Positions 21,258-31,497 of a stretch of 64,000 bases of DNA are shown piece by piece (within the stretch, counting starts at the first letter, position 1; every line of letters begins with the position of its first letter). Origin of the DNA: Candidatus Entotheonellaceae bacterium (lineage in GTDB: Bacteria; Tectomicrobia; Entotheonellia; Entotheonellales; Entotheonellaceae); NCBI GenBank assembly GCA_965238075.1, contig OZ250173.1, positions 896,001-960,000 on the forward strand, written 5' to 3'. The notes below the pieces were generated by a model that saw only the letters and a list, made by a program, of their open reading frames with translations, was not told where the DNA came from and did no database searches. Position numbers and translations under genes: made by a program.

Positions 21258-22567
21258 GGTCTGTTGCAACCCCCGTGCTACCACCGCGGCGGGTGGCCAT
21301 GATCAGCGTGCATAGCTGTCCGCTGGCCACCCTAGGCGGGCGCGAAACCGGCGGCATGAATGTTTACGTGCGGGAGTTGAGCCGCCACTTGAGCGAGCTA
21401 GGCATCGCCGTGGACGTTTACACGCGCCGCCAGGACCCTTGTCATCCGACCGTGGTTGATTTTGCGGATCAAGCGCGCGTCATCCATCTGTCTGCCGGCC
21501 CGGCGGCGCCGTACAGCAAGCACCGGGTTTGGGACCACCTGCCCGAATTTGTTAATGGTATACAGGACTTTATCAACGAGCACGCCCTGCAGTACGACAT
21601 CATCCACAGCCACTACTGGTTGTCTGGCTGGGTTGCGATGCAGCTTCGCCTGACCCTCGGCCTGCCCATCGTTCACATGTCTCATACACTGGGTTACCCG
21701 AAAAACGCCGCGGCTCAGCTTCCCTGGGAGCAGGAACCCAGACGGCGGCTGCAGGTCGAGCGCAAGGTGCTCCAGGGCAGCGACGCCTTGGTGGCGGAGA
21801 GCCCTGCCAGCAAGCAGCATATGGTGTGGCACTATGACGTCGATCCGGCAGACGCGGTGGTGATCCCTTGCGGCGTGGATATGGCGCGGTTTCAGCCCCA
21901 GGATAAACGACGTGCCAGGACTGACTTGTCGTTGCCGCCCACGGCGCCAATCCTGCTCTCTGTCGGGCGCCTACAGCCTTCCAAAGGAATAGATACCTTG
22001 CTGCGGGCCGCCGCCGACATCCGTCATGACTACCCGGACGTTTGCGTTCTGGTCGTCGGCGGCGGACTCGATGATCAGGACGAGCGTGAAACGGCGGAAC
22101 TCAACCGCCTGCAAGCGCTGGGACACAGATTGAGGTTGACCAACGTGCATTACATCAAGGCGCAGCCCCAGGAAAAATTGGCTCAGTATTACGCTGCCGC
22201 CGACGTTTTCGTCATGCCGTCGCACTACGAATCATTCGGCATGGTGGCATTAGAAGCGATGGCCTGCGGCACGCCGGTGGTGGCGTCGGAAGTCGGTGGC
22301 CTGGCCTCCACGATCATTCACGACGACTCCGGCTTGCTGGTTCCCTCGGGCGACTGGCGGGCCTTTGCGCAGGCCATTTCCCGCCTCCTGGCCTCCCCGC
22401 AGTTGCAAAGCGCCATGCGCCAAGCCGGCCCCGAACGGGCACAAGCTTTCGCTTGGCCGCTTATCGTCGATAACAATGTGCGGCTTTATCGCCGTCTCAT
22501 CCTTCAGCAAAACACCACGACCTCCACGCTCGCCGTTGGCGTCCCCTGTTCCACTACCCCCGCCTGA
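21254..22567 (+). CDS. GT4 glycosyltransferase, MshA-like
   Basis: SVHSCPL..LGG..TGGMNVYV, IHSHYWLSG, GRLQP.KG and ESFGMVALEAMACGTPV motifs; ATGA overlap with upstream gene. Confidence 0.88.
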   Translation: MRSVATPVLPPRRVAMISVHSCPLATLGGRETGGMNVYVRELSRHLSELGIAVDVYTRRQDPCHPTVVDFADQARVIHLSAGPAAPYSKHRVWDHLPEFVNGIQDFINEHALQYDIIHSHYWLSGWVAMQLRLTLGLPIVHMSHTLGYPKNAAAQLPWEQEPRRRLQVERKVLQGSDALVAESPASKQHMVWHYDVDPADAVVIPCGVDMARFQPQDKRRARTDLSLPPTAPILLSVGRLQPSKGIDTLLRAAADIRHDYPDVCVLVVGGGLDDQDERETAELNRLQALGHRLRLTNVHYIKAQPQEKLAQYYAAADVFVMPSHYESFGMVALEAMACGTPVVASEVGGLASTIIHDDSGLLVPSGDWRAFAQAISRLLASPQLQSAMRQAGPERAQAFAWPLIVDNNVRLYRRLILQQNTTTSTLAVGVPCSTTPA

Positions 22568-22570
22568 GCC

Positions 22571-22969
22571 GTGAGCCCGACCGAAAGTCGTAGGAACCGC
22601 AGAATCGTCGTTCGGTGGGCCCTGGCCGTTCTCTACGCTGCCGGCATTTCCGTGGTCTCCAGCATCCCAGGGGACGATTTGCCGCAACTCATGATTGGCG
22701 ACAAACTGGTGCACGCGCTGGTATTCGGCGGTCTGGCCGTATTGATCTACCGGAGCTTGAGGTTGCAGAAGCCGGCGTGGTCGCGGCAGGCCGTGGTCGT
22801 ATTTGGCGTGCTGGCGACCGTTGCCTATGGTTGTCTTGACGAAGGGCATCAATCGCTGGTGAGCGAGCGGCGGGCGGAACTAGCGGACGTGGCGGCCGAC
22901 GGGATCGGCGCCCTACTGGCCGGGTGGGGATGGAACAAGGCAGCAAAAGCGTGGGATTGGTTGCAATAG
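22571..22969 (+). CDS. VanZ family membrane protein
   Basis: SSIP, DKLVH...FG.L, YG..DE.HQ.....R and D..AD..G motifs. Confidence 0.85.
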   Translation: MSPTESRRNRRIVVRWALAVLYAAGISVVSSIPGDDLPQLMIGDKLVHALVFGGLAVLIYRSLRLQKPAWSRQAVVVFGVLATVAYGCLDEGHQSLVSERRAELADVAADGIGALLAGWGWNKAAKAWDWLQ

Positions 22970-22987
22970 GAAGCGATGCGGACTACA

Positions 22988-23071
22988 TGCCGAGGGCCGG
23001 ACTCGAACCGGCACGGACCCAGGGTCCAACGGATTTTAAGTCCGTTGTGTCTACCATTCCACCACCCCGGC
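22988..23071 (-). tRNA. tRNA-Leu(TAA)
   Basis: Reverse complement GCCGGGGTGGTGGAATGGTAGACACAACGGAC-TTAAAA-TCCGTT...GGTTCGAGTCC; long variable arm; CCA not encoded. Confidence 0.96.
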
Positions 23072-23132
23072 AATAAAACGCAGACGAGAATTTGTGTTTG
23101 AAGGGGAAAAAGGAATCTACTGAAGGCGTGAG

Positions 23133-23203
<71 letters not shown>

Positions 23204-23242
23204 GATGTATGAGGAAGTGTCCGCAGCCTAGCGCTTAGCGGA

Positions 23243-23315
23243 AGCGGGTGACCGGATTCGAACCGGCGACCCCAACCTTGGCAAGGTTGTGCTCTACCAG
23301 CTGAGCTACACCCGC
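23243..23315 (-). tRNA. tRNA-Gly(GCC)
   Basis: Reverse complement GCGGGTGTAGCTCAGCTGGTAGAGCACAACCTT-GCC-AAGGTTG...GGTTCGAATCC; CCA not encoded. Confidence 0.96.
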
Positions 23316-23337
23316 GTTGCCTCCCGCAAGGCAGGAG

Positions 23338-23366
23338 ACTATATAGCAGATTCCTCTTCCTTGCAA
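23338..23366 (-). promoter_or_regulatory. Putative sigma70 promoter of the tRNA Gly-Cys-Leu cluster
   Basis: Minus strand TTGCAA-17 bp-TATAGT, about 22 nt upstream of tRNA-Gly. Confidence 0.55.
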
Positions 23367-23392
23367 AGCCAAAATATCCCCATCTCGATGGG

Positions 23393-23977
23393 TCACCACA
23401 AGCGGGATTCGGTCCCCTGCATGAGTCGTTGCAGGTTGCCGCGGTGCGCGCCCAGAATGAGCAACGCAGCGGCGCTTGCCGCCATCACAAATGGCGGTGG
23501 ATCGCCCCGCAGCAATGCCAGCAACGGCACGATCAGCGCGGCAAGCATGGACGCTACAGACACGTAACGCAGCAACAGCGTCACGGCCATCCAGACGACG
23601 ACCGCACCCAGAGTCGGCCAGGGCAAGAGAGGGACCATAACGCCCAGCGATGTCGCCACGCCTTTGCCGCCCTGAAACCGGTAGTATAACGGAAACATGT
23701 GGCCAAGGATGGCGGCCAAGGCAGCCAGGGCCGTGACGATTAAGGAAGCCCCCCACCACTGCGCCAACAAAACCGCCAGACAACCCTTGGCGCTATCGCC
23801 CAACAGGGTGAAGAGCGCCGGCCTTCGCCCCACCGTGCGCGCGACGTTGGCGGCGCCGATGTTGCCGCTGCCGCTCTCCCGCAATTTGGCCTGCCCATAC
23901 CACCTCGCCACGAACAGCCCAAACGAGAACGATCCGAGCAAGTAGGCCACTGCTACGACTGCGACGTTCGAGACCAT
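23393..23977 (-). CDS. plsY: Glycerol-3-phosphate acyltransferase PlsY
   Basis: AYLLGS, GSGNIGAANVAR, D..KG, GH.FP...F.GGKGVAT and H..N..RL..GTE motifs. Confidence 0.95.
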   Translation of the reverse strand: MVSNVAVVAVAYLLGSFSFGLFVARWYGQAKLRESGSGNIGAANVARTVGRRPALFTLLGDSAKGCLAVLLAQWWGASLIVTALAALAAILGHMFPLYYRFQGGKGVATSLGVMVPLLPWPTLGAVVVWMAVTLLLRYVSVASMLAALIVPLLALLRGDPPPFVMAASAAALLILGAHRGNLQRLMQGTESRLW

Positions 23978-23990
23978 GACCGAAGGCTTT

Positions 23991-24566
23991 CTAGAGAATC
24001 TGCGCCAGGTACTTGCGCAGGTACTCAATGCCGGAAACGACGCTCAGGACCAGTCCCACGCCCAAGGCGATCATTCCAGGCCAGTATAACTCGGGGAGGT
24101 TCAGGACAAGCAAGAAGGCGCCAACGATGAGGAACAGCATTTTGTACTTGCCGTATACCTCGGCGGCAATGATGACGTGCCGGTCCGCGGCCATGGCGCG
24201 AAGGCCGGTAACCGCCAGCTCGCGGCACAGAATGATGACCACGATCCACGCCGGCACCTGTTGCCGGCCCACCAGCGATACCAACGCAGCGGTAACCAGA
24301 AGCTTGTCGGCTATCGGATCGAGCAGTTGGCCCAGACGCGTGATCTGGTTCGTGCTGCGCGCCAGGTGGCCGTCGAGCCAGTCCGTGAAAGCGGCAATGA
24401 GGAAGATGGTCGCCGCAATGATGGGCGACCAGCCGCGCGGCGAAATCAGAAACACCAGCAGAATCGGCACCAGGAAGATGCGCATCAGGGTGATCCGATT
24501 GGGCCAGTTCAGCCCGTGCCACGTCTGTGACTGCGATGCAGATGAATCGGATTGCTGTAATGCCAT
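23991..24566 (-). CDS. pgsA: CDP-diacylglycerol--glycerol-3-phosphate 3-phosphatidyltransferase
   Basis: PN.IT..R, TDWLDG.LAR....T.LG.LLDPIADKLLV, RE..VTGLR and GK.K motifs. Confidence 0.93.
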   Translation of the reverse strand: MALQQSDSSASQSQTWHGLNWPNRITLMRIFLVPILLVFLISPRGWSPIIAATIFLIAAFTDWLDGHLARSTNQITRLGQLLDPIADKLLVTAALVSLVGRQQVPAWIVVIILCRELAVTGLRAMAADRHVIIAAEVYGKYKMLFLIVGAFLLVLNLPELYWPGMIALGVGLVLSVVSGIEYLRKYLAQIL

Positions 24567-24598
24567 AAGCTCCAAAGCCTCGACCAGCGGGCGTTATG

Positions 24599-25381
24599 TC
24601 ATGGCACGGCGCCGTCCGTATCGCGCGATATACCGGTGTCGGGCAGGTTACGCAACCGCGCCGCCGAACGGGACACATAGGCGCTGGTGGGGAAACGATC
24701 CACGAGGTTACGAAAGACGCGCGCCGCTTTGACGTAATTCTCTTCTCGACGGTAGCTGTCGGCCAGCATGTAAAAGGCGACGTCCGTGTCGGACATATCG
24801 GGGTATACCTGAATCAGGTTGAGCAGGCGCCGGATAGCTGCCTGATAGGCTTGCTTCCGGTAGTAGAAACGCGCCACGTCGAACTCGTGTTCGGCCAAGC
24901 GCTGGCGCAGGAAGGTGATCTGCGCCTCCGCTTCCTGCAGCAACGCCTCCTGGGGGTATTTTTGCCTGAAGCGGCGAAACGTCCGCAAGGCGTTCAGGGT
25001 TACCTTCTGGTCGCGGTCGAACAGGTTCACTTCCTGCGCGTGGCACATACCAATCTGAAATTGCGCCTGCGCGGCGAGCGGGTGCTGGGGGTAAAGCTCC
25101 AGAAACTTCTCGTACTCGAAGCGAGCTTCAAGATAGCTCTTTTCGCTGTAGAGTGATTCGGCGATCTTGAATTGCACCTCCGCCTTGTATCTATTCTCGG
25201 GATATTCTTCCAGCAGTTGCTGGTAAAACCCGCGCGCCTTGTCGCCACGTTGGCGCCCGAGTTGCGTGTCGCCCGAGCGCAAGATTTCCTCCGCCGTCAG
25301 CGTCTTCTTTTTCGAGGCGCAGCCAGTCAGCGCGAACACACACAGAATCCCCGCTGTGACAACCATCAGCAGCCTGCCCAC
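24599..25381 (-). CDS. bamD: Outer membrane assembly lipoprotein BamD
   Basis: Lipobox ALTGC, TPR repeats, DRDQ, RLAEHE..VARFY and AAI.R motifs; GTG start after AAGGA chosen, start uncertain. Confidence 0.88.
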   Translation of the reverse strand: MGRLLMVVTAGILCVFALTGCASKKKTLTAEEILRSGDTQLGRQRGDKARGFYQQLLEEYPENRYKAEVQFKIAESLYSEKSYLEARFEYEKFLELYPQHPLAAQAQFQIGMCHAQEVNLFDRDQKVTLNALRTFRRFRQKYPQEALLQEAEAQITFLRQRLAEHEFDVARFYYRKQAYQAAIRRLLNLIQVYPDMSDTDVAFYMLADSYRREENYVKAARVFRNLVDRFPTSAYVSRSAARLRNLPDTGISRDTDGAVP

Positions 25382-25487
25382 GTCAGTCCTTTCAAATTTT
25401 TCAGGATCGGCAAAACAGGCGTCCGCCATCGCTATTTCAGGAAATGAAATGGCATTGTACTGCCCTGCCCCAAGCCGGGCAAGTCCC

Positions 25488-25517
25488 TTGACGATGCGAC
25501 GAATACCATGCTATGTT
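25488..25517 (+). promoter_or_regulatory. Putative sigma70 promoter for tsaB
   Basis: TTGACG-18 bp-TATGTT with upstream TG (extended -10), in the divergent intergenic region. Confidence 0.4.
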
Positions 25518-25580
25518 GGCGCCTCCTCAGACTGCGATTAACGTACGTTTTTCGCTCGAATAGACGATGGGCCGTCCATA

Positions 25581-26306
25581 ATGATCCTCGGTATCGACAC
25601 CGCAAGCCCCTCCTGTAGTGCAGCCCTTGTTGAAACAGGTCAAGTCATCGCACGCTCCCACTTACCAGCGCGATCTGCCGCCTCCTCACATTTGGTGCGT
25701 CTTATCGACGACTTGTGCGCGCGGGCGGGCCGCGCTGTCGCCGACGTTGCCGGTGTGGCGGTAAACCTGGGTCCTGGGGCTTTTACCGGCTTGCGGGTGG
25801 GGTTGGCAACGGCACAGGGTCTGGTTACGGCGTACAAGAGGCCCCTGATAGGCTGTAGTACCTTCGAGGCGCTGGTGGACGCAGCCGCAGATTGGGATGG
25901 CCTGATTTGCCCCGTCATCGAGGCACGCCGCGGTGAGGTGTATGCCGCCTTTTACCGCCGACAAGACCGGCAAATATACGAAACCATGCCTGGAATGGCC
26001 GTCGCACCAGACACCCTGTGCACCCTTGTTCAGGAACGCATCTTGTTTCTCGGCAGCGGGGTGCAAAGCTACGGCGAATTCTTAGCGTCAAGATTGGGCG
26101 AACTGGCGGTATGCAGGGACCTTGGCAGCGATTTTGCGCTCGCGGCCAACGTGGCCCGCTTGGGCTGTGAACGTCTGGCGACGACCGGCTCTGACGACGG
26201 CTACCATCTCACACCCATCTACATCAGACCCGCCGATGCCCGCCTGCCGCGACGCAAGGCGTCACCTGCGGCAAGCCGGCAAGAGAAAGGAGCAGCCCAT
26301 GCTTGA
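25581..26306 (+). CDS. tsaB: tRNA threonylcarbamoyladenosine biosynthesis protein TsaB
   Basis: MILGIDT, GPGAFTGLRVG, ARRGEVY and P.YIRP motifs. Confidence 0.93.
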   Translation: MILGIDTASPSCSAALVETGQVIARSHLPARSAASSHLVRLIDDLCARAGRAVADVAGVAVNLGPGAFTGLRVGLATAQGLVTAYKRPLIGCSTFEALVDAAADWDGLICPVIEARRGEVYAAFYRRQDRQIYETMPGMAVAPDTLCTLVQERILFLGSGVQSYGEFLASRLGELAVCRDLGSDFALAANVARLGCERLATTGSDDGYHLTPIYIRPADARLPRRKASPAASRQEKGAAHA

Positions 26307-26520
26307 AGGCATTGACGAGGCGACGATTGCACACCTACGGCAGGAAGACATCGAGTTTCGGCGCTTGCTCGACGAGCATCAACAATACGAAAGCCAACTT
26401 GAGGCGTACACCAACTTGCCGTATCTCAGCAGTGAACAGGAACTGGACCGCAAACGGCTGCAGAAGCTTAAGCTCCAGGGCAAGGACCGCATGCTGGTCA
26501 TCCTGCAGCAATACCAGTAA
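26299..26520 (+). CDS. DUF465/YdcH-like small coiled-coil protein
   Basis: EF..L..EH...E..L and LQKLKL.GKD.M pattern; RBS AAAGGAG. Confidence 0.8.
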   Translation: MLEGIDEATIAHLRQEDIEFRRLLDEHQQYESQLEAYTNLPYLSSEQELDRKRLQKLKLQGKDRMLVILQQYQ

Positions 26521-26581
26521 TCCGCATACCTCACTAACGCGGTGCTTCTATTCACACGCGTTGTAGGGAAGGGCCTAAGCC

Positions 26582-28267
26582 ATGCAAGGCGCTGAAATTT
26601 TCATCGAAAGTTTGTTGGCAGAGGGCGTTGATACCATCTTTGGACACCCGGGCGGGGCCATTTTGCCGCTCAACGACGCCCTGTACAGCGGCCGAATCCG
26701 CCATATTCTGACTCGCCACGAGCAGGGGGCGGTACACATGGCGGAAGGGTACGCGCGCGCCACCGGACGGCCCGGCGTCGTGCTGGTAACCTCGGGACCC
26801 GGCGGCACGAACGTGGTCACCGGTCTCGCCGATGCGTTCATGGACTCCACGCCCATCGTCGTGTTCACCGGTCAGGTGCCCACCGGCGTTATCGGCAACG
26901 ATGCCTTTCAGGAGGCGGACATCGTCGGCATCACCCGCTCGTGCACGAAGCACAACTACTTAGTAAGGGACGTCAAGGACTTGGCCCGCACCATCAAGGA
27001 AGCCTTCTACATTGCGGCATCCGGACGCCCCGGACCAGTGCTGGTCGATATCCCGAAAGACGTGGCCAACGCCTTGACCGATTTCAGCTATCCTGACAGC
27101 GTGGACATTCGCGGCTACAGGCCGACAACCCTCGGCCACGCCGGGCAAATCCGGCGCGCCGCTGAAATGCTGGCCGCCGCGGAGCGGCCGGTCATCTACG
27201 CGGGCGGTGGCGTCATTCACTCCGAGGCGGCGGCTGAGTTGCACGAACTCGGCGAATTCGCCGCCACACCGGTTACCAACACCCTGATGGGGCTGGGCGG
27301 CTTTCCCGGCCGCCACGACCTGTGGCTCGGCATGCTGGGCATGCACGGCACCTACACGGCGAACATGGCCATGGATCAGGCCGATCTGGTCATCGCTGTC
27401 GGCGCCCGCTTCGACGACCGGGTCACCGGCAACCTTGAAGAATTCTGCCTCGGCGCGGAGTTCATCCATATCGACATTGATCCATCCTCGATCGGCAAGA
27501 ACATTCCCGTCACCCTGCCGATCGTCGGTGACGTGAAGATGTGCTTGCAGCGCCTGCTCAAGGAGTTGCGGGCCATGGAGGGCAAGGATTGGTATGCGGC
27601 GCACGCGTCCTGGTTGGCGCAAATCGCCGAGTGGCAGCGGGATTTCCCGTTGTCGTACGAGCAGGATCCGGATGGGGAACTCATGCCGCAATACGTCTGC
27701 GAGCAGATTTACGAAGTCACGGCGGGCGACGCCATCATCACCACCGAGGTGGGCCAGCATCAGATGTGGGCCGCGCAGTTTTACCACTTCATGAAGCCCC
27801 GCCACTTCATCACCTCGGGCGGCCTCGGCACCATGGGCTACGGCTTTCCCGCCGCCATCGGCGCCCAGATCGCCTGCCCGGACCGCACCGTTATCGACAT
27901 CGCCGGCGACGGCAGCTTCCAGATGAACGTGCAGGAGCTGGCCACCGCAGTACAGTACGACCTGCCCGTCATCGTGGCGATCCTGAACAACCACAGCCTG
28001 GGCATGGTGCGCCAGTGGCAGCAGTTTTTCTACGAAGGCCGCTACGCCGACACCAGCCTGGAAGTGAGCCCCGACTATGTGAAGCTCGCCGAGGCTTACG
28101 GAGCGGTGGGACTGCGGGCCACCAAGCCCAACGAGGTGCGTCCTGCGCTTGAGGAAGCCATCCGCCTGCGCCGTCCGGTAGTTCTCGATTTCGTGGTGAA
28201 AATGACCGAAAACGTTTTCCCCATGATCCCGACCGGCGGCTCCATCAAAGACATGCTCTTGGCATAG
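26582..28267 (+). CDS. ilvB: Acetolactate synthase large subunit
   Basis: [44 protein letters not shown] and GDGSFQMN motifs. Confidence 0.97.
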   Translation: MQGAEIFIESLLAEGVDTIFGHPGGAILPLNDALYSGRIRHILTRHEQGAVHMAEGYARATGRPGVVLVTSGPGGTNVVTGLADAFMDSTPIVVFTGQVPTGVIGNDAFQEADIVGITRSCTKHNYLVRDVKDLARTIKEAFYIAASGRPGPVLVDIPKDVANALTDFSYPDSVDIRGYRPTTLGHAGQIRRAAEMLAAAERPVIYAGGGVIHSEAAAELHELGEFAATPVTNTLMGLGGFPGRHDLWLGMLGMHGTYTANMAMDQADLVIAVGARFDDRVTGNLEEFCLGAEFIHIDIDPSSIGKNIPVTLPIVGDVKMCLQRLLKELRAMEGKDWYAAHASWLAQIAEWQRDFPLSYEQDPDGELMPQYVCEQIYEVTAGDAIITTEVGQHQMWAAQFYHFMKPRHFITSGGLGTMGYGFPAAIGAQIACPDRTVIDIAGDGSFQMNVQELATAVQYDLPVIVAILNNHSLGMVRQWQQFFYEGRYADTSLEVSPDYVKLAEAYGAVGLRATKPNEVRPALEEAIRLRRPVVLDFVVKMTENVFPMIPTGGSIKDMLLA

Positions 28268-28278
28268 GGGTGGCATCG

Positions 28279-28791
28279 ATGCCAAGGCAGCAAAGCGGCG
28301 AAGTGCAGCGACATACCTTTGCCGTCCTGGTGGAGAATCAGTTCGGTGTTTTGGGCCGTATCACCGGCCTGTTCAGTGCTCGCGGATTCAATATCGAGAG
28401 CCTGAGCGTGGCGGAGACCGAAGACCCGTCGGTGTCCCGCATCACGCTGGTGACGGCCGGCAACGACATGATCCTGGAACAAGTCAACAAGCAGCTTAAT
28501 CGCCTGATCGACGTCATCAAAGTGACGGACCTCAGCGAAGAGCCGCACGTTGACCGGGAAATGGTGCTAATCAAGGTCCATACGGAGGATTTCAGGCGCG
28601 CCGAGGTGTTCCGCATCGCCGAGATTTTCCGGGCGAAAATCGTCGATGTGACGGCAAAGACCTATGTGCTCGAAGTGACTGGCGATGAGGGGAAGATTCG
28701 CGCTGTCATTGACCTGCTCAAGCCGCTCGGCATCAAGGAAATGGTGCGCACGGGTAAAATCGCCATTGGCCGCGGCCAGGGCGCAATGTAG
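28279..28791 (+). CDS. ilvN: Acetolactate synthase small subunit
   Basis: LVEN..GVL.RI.GLFSARGFNIESL, KQLNRLIDV and RTG motifs. Confidence 0.96.
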   Translation: MPRQQSGEVQRHTFAVLVENQFGVLGRITGLFSARGFNIESLSVAETEDPSVSRITLVTAGNDMILEQVNKQLNRLIDVIKVTDLSEEPHVDREMVLIKVHTEDFRRAEVFRIAEIFRAKIVDVTAKTYVLEVTGDEGKIRAVIDLLKPLGIKEMVRTGKIAIGRGQGAM

Positions 28792-28827
28792 CGCCGGCCG
28801 AAACCCCATATGGGCGGAAGGGATCGT

Positions 28828-29469
28828 ATGACGATTTGGCCTGCCCGACTCCCTTTGGCCTCGGAAGGCCTGCCATTCATCCTACCGCTGGCTGCGGCAA
28901 CGGTGGTGAGCCTGCTGCTCGGCTGGGAACTGGCCGCTGGGATTGGTGTTTTGCTGACGGCGGCCGTGTCGTGCTTTTTCCGCGACCCGGAACGGGTCAT
29001 CCCGCAGACGCCTGGCGCTGTCGTATCGCCGGCCGACGGACGCGTGCATGAAATTGAAATGGAGGAAGGACGCCGTCGCATCAGCATTTTCCTATCGGTC
29101 ACGGACGTGCACATCAACCGAACTCCGTATACCGGCAGGGTGACCGAAGTGATCTACAAGCCGGGCCGCTTTGTGCCGGCTTATCGCTCCGAGGCGTCGC
29201 GCGAAAACGAGTCGAATCGCGTGACCATCGACGGCCCGGACGCGGTTATCGGCGTGAAGCAGATCGCCGGTATTTTGGCGCGGCGCATTGTCTGTCGAGC
29301 GCGTCCTGGCGACGTATTGGAGAGAGGCCAACGGTACGGCTTGATCCGCTTCGGCTCGCGCACTGACCTGTTCCTCCCTGCTGATGCCGACGTTGCCGCT
29401 CAGATTGGCGATAAGGTGCGCGGCGGCGAAACCATCCTCGCTAATCTGAAGGTGCCGCGAGACACATGA
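28828..29469 (+). CDS. psd: Phosphatidylserine decarboxylase proenzyme
   Basis: FFRDPER, SPADG, DVH.NR, ENE and QIAG..ARRI motifs; FGSR self-cleavage site. Confidence 0.95.
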   Translation: MTIWPARLPLASEGLPFILPLAAATVVSLLLGWELAAGIGVLLTAAVSCFFRDPERVIPQTPGAVVSPADGRVHEIEMEEGRRRISIFLSVTDVHINRTPYTGRVTEVIYKPGRFVPAYRSEASRENESNRVTIDGPDAVIGVKQIAGILARRIVCRARPGDVLERGQRYGLIRFGSRTDLFLPADADVAAQIGDKVRGGETILANLKVPRDT

Positions 29470-30203
29470 AAAAAGGCCTGTATCTACTTCCCAATCTCTT
29501 TACGTCAGCCAACTTGCTGTTTGGCTTTCTCAGCATGATTGCCGCCAGTAACGGTCAGTACACGCAGGCCGCCTTGGCGATCTTGGTGGCGGTGGGGCTG
29601 GACGCGGTCGACGGCAAAGTCGCCCGGATGACCAACTCGGCCAGCGCCTTCGGACTGGAATACGACTCGCTGGCAGATCTGCTGTCGTTCGGCATGGCGC
29701 CTGGATGGTTGCTGTACAACTGGTTCCTCGGCTCGCTGGGCCTGTTCGGATGGCTGGCGTCATTCGTCTTCGTCGTGTGCGGCGCTCTGCGGCTGGCGCG
29801 CTTCAACGTTCAGGCGTCACACGTACAGCGGTACGTCTTCACGGGCCTGCCAATCCCGGCAGCGGCAAGCGTCATCGCCGCGGCGACGCTGTTGGGGCAC
29901 GACACCACGGGCCATTTTCACGTTCTCAATACCGATCAGCCCGTTGGTCTAGTCATTGCCATCTGCGCGATCGCTTTCCTCATGGTGAGCAACGTCAGAT
30001 ACCGCAGTTTCAAGAAAATCCGCATCAAGCGCATCTGGTCCCTGCCCCTCGTTGTGGGCGGCACGTTCGTCCTCATCATGCTCGCCCTTATGCCGGAATT
30101 GTCCCTGTTTCTCCTGTCCCTCAGCTACGCGCTCTCCGGGCCTGTCGAAACCCTGATTCGACGCAGGAGACCAAAAGAAGACGTCATTGCCGCAGAGCAG
30201 TAA
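29466..30203 (+). CDS. pssA: CDP-diacylglycerol--serine O-phosphatidyltransferase
   Basis: LPNLFT, DGKVAR, DSLAD..SFG.AP, LRLARFN, F.GLP.P and LMVS motifs. Confidence 0.95.
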   Translation: MKKGLYLLPNLFTSANLLFGFLSMIAASNGQYTQAALAILVAVGLDAVDGKVARMTNSASAFGLEYDSLADLLSFGMAPGWLLYNWFLGSLGLFGWLASFVFVVCGALRLARFNVQASHVQRYVFTGLPIPAAASVIAAATLLGHDTTGHFHVLNTDQPVGLVIAICAIAFLMVSNVRYRSFKKIRIKRIWSLPLVVGGTFVLIMLALMPELSLFLLSLSYALSGPVETLIRRRRPKEDVIAAEQ

Positions 30204-30226
30204 GAGGGTAGGTCCGGCCATGGGTA

Positions 30227-31270
30227 TCAGGGGTAGAGGGCTGGATACAGAAGGCCCGCGCTCTCCGGCAAGTCGCACATCAGGTTCATGTTCTGGACGG
30301 CCTGTCCGGCGGCGCCGCGTCCGAGGTTGTCGATGGCGGCAATGGCGATCGCCGTCCGGGTGCGGGGATCGATCCTCACCGTCACGTCGCAGTAATTGGA
30401 CCCCAGCGTCGCCTTGGTCTCCGGCAAGGCATCGTGCAGCACACGCATGAACGGGGCGTCGCCATAATAGTTGTCGTAGAGGCTCAGCGCCTCCTCCTGC
30501 TTCAGGTCGCCCGCCAAGGCGGCGTAGGTGGTGGCCAGAATGCCCCGCGTCATTGGTATCAGATGCGGCGTGAAGACCACCTGCAAGGCCTCGCCGGCAA
30601 GCTTGCTTAGTTCCTGCTCGATCTCCGCCGTGTGATTGTGACCCGCTACGCCGTACGCCCGCGCGTTTTCGTTGACCTCGGAATAGGCGAAACCGCCGCC
30701 GTCGCCGCGGCCGGCACCGGAAATACCGGTCTTGGCGTCAATGACGATGCCCGCGGGCCTGACGACGCCAGCCCGCACCAAGGGCGCCAACGCCAGCAGC
30801 GCGGCCGCGGGGTAACAACCCGGATTGGCGAGTAACCTCGTCTCGGCAATGGCGTCGCGGTGCAACTCCGGCAGGCCATACACCGCTTCGGCCAGGAACG
30901 AGGGCGCTTCATGCTTGAACTTGTACCAGACGGGGTAGAGAGACGCATCACGCAGACGAAAGTCGGCGGCAATATCGATAACCTTGCAGCCCTGCTCAAG
31001 CAACTCCGGCACCAAGTGCATAGCCTTGCCGGTAGGCAGCGACACGAAAGCCACGTCGGATTCGCGTCCGATGCGTTCCGCATCCACCGCGATCATTTCC
31101 TGATCCACAAAGTGCCGCAAATTCGGATACAGGCTGGACATGGTGCGGCCCTGTTGTGATTCGGCGGTAACGTGCACGATATCCACGTGCGGATGGCTGA
31201 CCAGCAGCCGCACCGCCTCGGCGCCGCCGTAGCCCGAGGCCCCAATAACACTTGCCTTGATTTTGCTCAC
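30227..31270 (-). CDS. argC: N-acetyl-gamma-glutamyl-phosphate reductase
   Basis: GASGYGG.E, DFRL, YGLPE, ANPGCY, SGAGR, FTPHL.PMTRGI and IDNLG.GAAGQAVQ motifs. Confidence 0.96.
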   Translation of the reverse strand: MSKIKASVIGASGYGGAEAVRLLVSHPHVDIVHVTAESQQGRTMSSLYPNLRHFVDQEMIAVDAERIGRESDVAFVSLPTGKAMHLVPELLEQGCKVIDIAADFRLRDASLYPVWYKFKHEAPSFLAEAVYGLPELHRDAIAETRLLANPGCYPAAALLALAPLVRAGVVRPAGIVIDAKTGISGAGRGDGGGFAYSEVNENARAYGVAGHNHTAEIEQELSKLAGEALQVVFTPHLIPMTRGILATTYAALAGDLKQEEALSLYDNYYGDAPFMRVLHDALPETKATLGSNYCDVTVRIDPRTRTAIAIAAIDNLGRGAAGQAVQNMNLMCDLPESAGLLYPALYP

Positions 31271-31368
31271 GGCAGATCCCCTGATTCCCCGACACCCATG
31301 GCACAATTCGGTCACTGTCCGTCCGCTCGTCTAGCCGAGCCACACCGCCGGAATGGTTTGGACGGCGC

Positions 31369-31397
31369 AGTATAGCTTGGCGGTAAGGGCGGGGCAA
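31369..31397 (-). promoter_or_regulatory. Putative sigma70 promoter for argC
   Basis: Minus strand TTGCCC-17 bp-TATACT. Confidence 0.45.
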
Positions 31398-31497
31398 ACG
31401 GCCGTCCGGCGCCATTGCAGCCCTAGGAACGCACCGTGATTGCGTGTAGAATTAGGTCTTCCAAACAGTCACCTCTATTTATTTCCTGGAGATCGGT

